64,000 nt of DNA, taken from the NCBI GenBank assembly GCA_976551045.1, contig CDPCPM010000164.1, positions 3,348,001 through 3,412,000 on the forward strand, in the 5' to 3' direction. Below the pieces are notes generated by a model. The model worked only from the letters and a program-made list of their open reading frames with translations. It had not been told where the DNA came from and searched no databases. Shown piece after piece: positions 60,327 through 64,000 of the stretch. This DNA is from Glaucostegus cemiculus (lineage: Eukaryota). The translations under genes and the position numbers were made by a program. Every line of letters begins with the position of its first letter. Within the stretch, counting starts at the first letter, position 1.

Positions 60327-60368
60327 CTCGCTTAAGACTTCTGATGACAAACTTTTGAACGGCAGTTA
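60327..60368 (-). CDS. PDZD7: PDZD7 42-nt micro-exon, phase 1-1
   Basis: ttccatttcAG acceptor and GTaaat donor. Translates VTAVQKFVIRSLKR, similar to human GPVQKFVTWRLRR, and is in frame with both neighbours. Confidence 0.88.
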
Positions 60369-62571
60369 CTGAAATGGAAAGAATGACAAGTTAAACATTC
60401 ATCTCTTTGCACTGTAACAATAAGAAGAACAGTAACAAAATTCACTGGGATTACTTGTTCTTCAAGAATATAATTTACAGGATTGCAAGAGAGTAGAACT
60501 TTTTTTGAATATATGAGCTAATTTTTGAATTATCTTCTCTAAATTCACTACAATAGTTCTGAAATGCAACAAATACTTTCTTTAGGATATTGGCTAAATC
60601 ACTGAAATGAAATTCAAAATCTTTTCAACATGTTATATAGCTATTTCCATGAACCACTTGTTAATAGCTTACCATAATGCCAAAGTTTGCGATTGATAGT
60701 TGCATGCTGGCTAACATTCTTGATACCAAGTCAAATGACCTTATAATTCAGGCTACGCATTAGATATGGAATTGCCTCTACATTTCTTCTATCTTTGGCA
60801 TCTTTGAAGGTGCTTTGAAGAGGGAACAGTCATTTCCCTCTTCCCCAATACTACAGTATATGTCCTATTTGGCGATGATGCAAGTCACCAATTGGACATC
60901 CCGGAATATCCTGTTAGTGGCTGAAGTTTGGCTTTGCTAAATACATCGGCATAAAGCAGGCACATTTACTGGAAAGCAGCTATTAGAGGGGCTCAAATCC
61001 TCTTTTCTAAAGTCAATGGATCCTGGAATGACAAGGTTTTTTTAAATGGCGTGGCCTGCCCTATTATACAAATAACCCCATTCTCTGGGTCAACATCAAG
61101 GTATCCTGATGTGTAGACATTTCATTCTACCACACTTCCATCAGCTTGCCCACCGAGCTCACCTAATTGCCATCAATAGTACTTCAAACAATGGTAGATT
61201 CAAAATACCAACAGAACCAGCAAACTCAATTCTGCTCAAAGTTTCGAGATAAAAGTTTTAATCCATTGTTCCATAATTCTGCCTTATTTGATACATTTCA
61301 TAGTTAATTACATTCATGGATATTTAAACAAAATACATAAATGAAGTAACAGCACACTGATGGAAAAATACATAGACACCTGAATGGCTACATTAACAGT
61401 TCAATGTACAGTGGGCCAAGCAGTATTTCTGGCAAGACCTTGCCATTGTGAAGCTTCATTGCGTGCAAGACCTATTGAACTGTGCACAGTAGAACAAGTC
61501 CTGCACTTTTAACATACTCTGAGGCCTTTTCTCCTCTCACTCTACCACTGTGGAAGGAAACAGGAAAGTGGTGAGGCTAGGTTTTGGGAGGATGGGGGGG
61601 GAGGGTAAGTGAGAAGCAGGATCTGGCTGGAGCTGCCATCAGAAATAAAATTTTTATTTCAAGTATTCCGACTTGAGGCTAGTTCACACACACTGACTTC
61701 AAAGGCAGGTTCCCATGAAGTTGCATCAAAGAATACACTCAATATCTTGTGAAGTCCTGTTTCTACGTGTGTGGCTAATGCTATCCTTAAGCCAAGCATG
61801 AGCCAATATTTATTTATGAAAGTGAGTCCAGGCATGTGTTGTTTGCCACCAGTTATATTATATATGTCTGATGTTAGTGCATCATACGTTCCAAAAACCC
61901 ACAAGGAAACTTGTGAATTTTTGGACAGCACTGTCTCGTCAGTTTTCCAATGGAATCTTATTGTGTAACTCACATAAATGTATCTGGGCATTTCAAGAAA
62001 TTCTGAAAGAACTATATTCTTCCAATGTCAACACATTCCAGGGAATATAAAATCTTTCCCTTAATAATTTTAAGAAGAGTTGCTGACATTACAAAACAAC
62101 AGCTTGCACTTAGCTGGTGCCTTTAAGGTAGAAGTGTGCCCCGTAGAGATGTACAGAGCCATGAGAGAAGAACATTCAGCCAGGGAAGGCAAAACAACCA
62201 AAAACTTTAAAACAATAGAAAGAGTTTGGAGAAGATGCTTAGAAAGGAAATCATAAAATAATTACAACAGAGGAGAACATTCAGCCCAATGAGTCTTTGC
62301 AGTGAATTTAAAATCTTAAGGCAAGATGACTGTAGATGCCTTCACCAATACTAAGGGATAGGAAGGGAAGGTTTGATCAATGATTACATGACTGACAGCA
62401 GTCACAGAGTTAGGAAGTGACTGGGCCAGCAAAACATTAAGAATTAAGATTACATTTTATATTCACACTCATATTTTCACCATTTGTTTTGTTTTGATGA
62501 CCGAATTCATAAAACAGTGAATTACAAGACAGTTTAATTTCCTGGTGATGGTTCACTACCATTTTCCATAC

Positions 62572-62751
62572 CTTTGTCTGACTCCGAGTGAGATGGGGAC
62601 TTCAATCTGTCTTTTTCTTTTGGACTTTGCTCACTTGACTGCTTTCCAGATCGACCACTTCTAAAAAAGATGTTCATAAATGTCTTGGACCGCTCCAATT
62701 TTGTTCCTTTCTCGGAGCTCTTTTGTTTCTTTTTCTTTTTTTTCTTGTCCT
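62572..62751 (-). CDS. PDZD7: PDZD7 coding exon (first in window; linker after PDZ2), phase 1-1
   Basis: Acceptor ctttgctAG and donor GTatgg. Translates (E)DKKKKKKKQKSSEKGTKLERSKTFMNIFFRSGRSG...SESDK, matching the recalled human PDZD7 motif [22 protein letters not shown]. A second AG 2 nt away makes the 5' boundary slightly uncertain. Confidence 0.9.
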
Positions 62752-62984
62752 CTAGCAAAGTGAGCGTGATTTAAAACATAAAGAGAATTGAGACCCAAGA
62801 CCAGTTGCAGTTGAAATTGCAAAGTTACCCTTCCCATGCAGTGTTTGTCAGCGGGTGCAAGGTTGCCATGGGTGTGTTGTCTGATTTGCAGTGCTGGACA
62901 GCTTAAGGTCAGTAAAATCAGTAATGGGAGAACAGGGACTTCCAATGCCTCAGTATGACACTCATTCACACAGTGCCAGGATGA

Positions 62985-63290
62985 TGCAGACAGGAAAAGA
63001 AAATGCTGGAAAAACTCAGCTGGAGGTCAGATTCAGACCGCATCTGTGGAAAGAGAAACAACATTTCAGGTCTGGCACCCTTCACAGGAACTGAGAGAAA
63101 GAGAGAGAAGCCAGTTACAAAAACAGAAATGCTGGAAGAACTCAACCAGTCAAGTAGCCTGTGCACAAAGAGAAAGCAGTCGATTTTTCGGGTCAGTGAC
63201 CCTTCCTCTGATGCTATTTGACTGGCTGAGTTCTTTCAGCATTTCTATGTTTGGTTCAAATTCCAGCATCTGCAATTTTATTTGTTCTCC
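62985..63290. mobile_element. Tandem and palindromic Penelope-derived short elements
   Basis: Two aaatgctgga...actca...gtca...catctgtgg heads followed by an inverted arm (gactggctgagttctttcagcatttc...ttccagcatctgca). Confidence 0.7.
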
Positions 63291-63584
63291 AGAGAGACAA
63301 GTCAGTCTATGTAGCAGAGTAGGTAGGAGAGGGCAATGGGTGATAGAAGGGAATTTCTCAGATAGGGTGAAGTAACAGGGTGGTTGAGGTATTAAGCTTC
63401 TTGGTCAGTGTAAAGTGTTGCTAATGTTGTGTGGTCTGCATTATGCTGGACAGTCTATATCTATGAAAAAAGGGAAAGAGAAAAAAAAGGTGGGCAGGCA
63501 AAAATGGCTAAGTCTCATACAAACAGAAAGGAAGAGTGAGTTATTTAAAATTGGAACACTGAATATTGATTCTGCTTTGGAGGA

Positions 63585-63810
63585 ACCCAATGCAGATTGG
63601 GTGAGCACTTGTGCTCAGTCTGCCAGAGCGTCCTGGAGCTTCCAGTTGCCTGTCACTTTAATTCATCACTCCACTCCACCTCTGACCTCTCCGTCTGTAG
63701 CCTCCTGACTGTTACAATGAGACCCAACGCAAGCTCAAGGAACAAGATCTCATCTTCCGTCTGGGCACATTTTAAGCCTGCAGGATTCAGTTTTGAATTA
63801 ATTTGAAATT
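63585..63810 (+). mobile_element. Penelope-like GIY-YIG C-terminal fragment
   Basis: EHLCSVCQ..LPVACHFNS..HS.SDLSV followed, after a frameshift, by QRKLKEQDLIFRLGT. Confidence 0.75.
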
Positions 63811-63834
63811 AATTTCTTCTGCTCGTTACTACCT

Positions 63835-64000
63835 TTGGGGAGGAGGTACAGGAGTCTGAAGACCCAAACTCAACGATTCAGGAACAGCTTCTTCCCCTCC
63901 GCCATCAGATCTCTGAATGATCAATGAACCCATGAACACCACCTCATTATTCTTTTTATGCACTATTTATTTTTGTAATTTATAGATTTTTATGCTTTTG
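63835..64000 (+). mobile_element. Rex1/Babar 3' fragment (runs off the window end)
   Basis: GRRYRSLKTQTQRFRNSFFPSAIRSLN. Confidence 0.8.

Overview
Eukaryotic, repeat-rich vertebrate genomic DNA. The repeat set (CR1/HER1, HE1-type V-SINEs, SacSINE1-type DeuSINEs, Rex1/Babar, Penelope) points to a cartilaginous fish, probably a ray or sawfish. The only host gene I recognise is the 3' half of PDZD7 on the minus strand: nine phase-consistent GT-AG exons from 62751 down to the stop codon at 20806, encoding the harmonin-homology domain, a long linker and PDZ3, with a ~24.8 kb last intron. Nearly all other ORFs in the track are chance ORFs or decayed retroelement frames. The most notable non-genic signals are: (i) many Penelope-derived minimal type-I hammerhead ribozyme motifs, several at the apex of ~150-220 bp palindromic non-autonomous elements with 12-16 bp target-site duplications (TSDs); (ii) one V-SINE head/core occurring with either a CR1-type or a Rex1-type 3' tail; (iii) two related solo LTRs with exact 5-bp TSDs; (iv) a decayed near-full-length CR1 with a splice-donor-bearing tandem 5' region and nested insertions; (v) a tRNA-Gly pseudogene with an altered anticodon; (vi) candidate phosphotyrosine motifs in the PDZD7 linker; (vii) a possible unannotated plus-strand spliced transcript and several enhancer-like blocks. 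Repeat boundaries were read by eye and are approximate unless a TSD or splice site fixes them. All homology statements come from recalled sequence motifs, not database searches.
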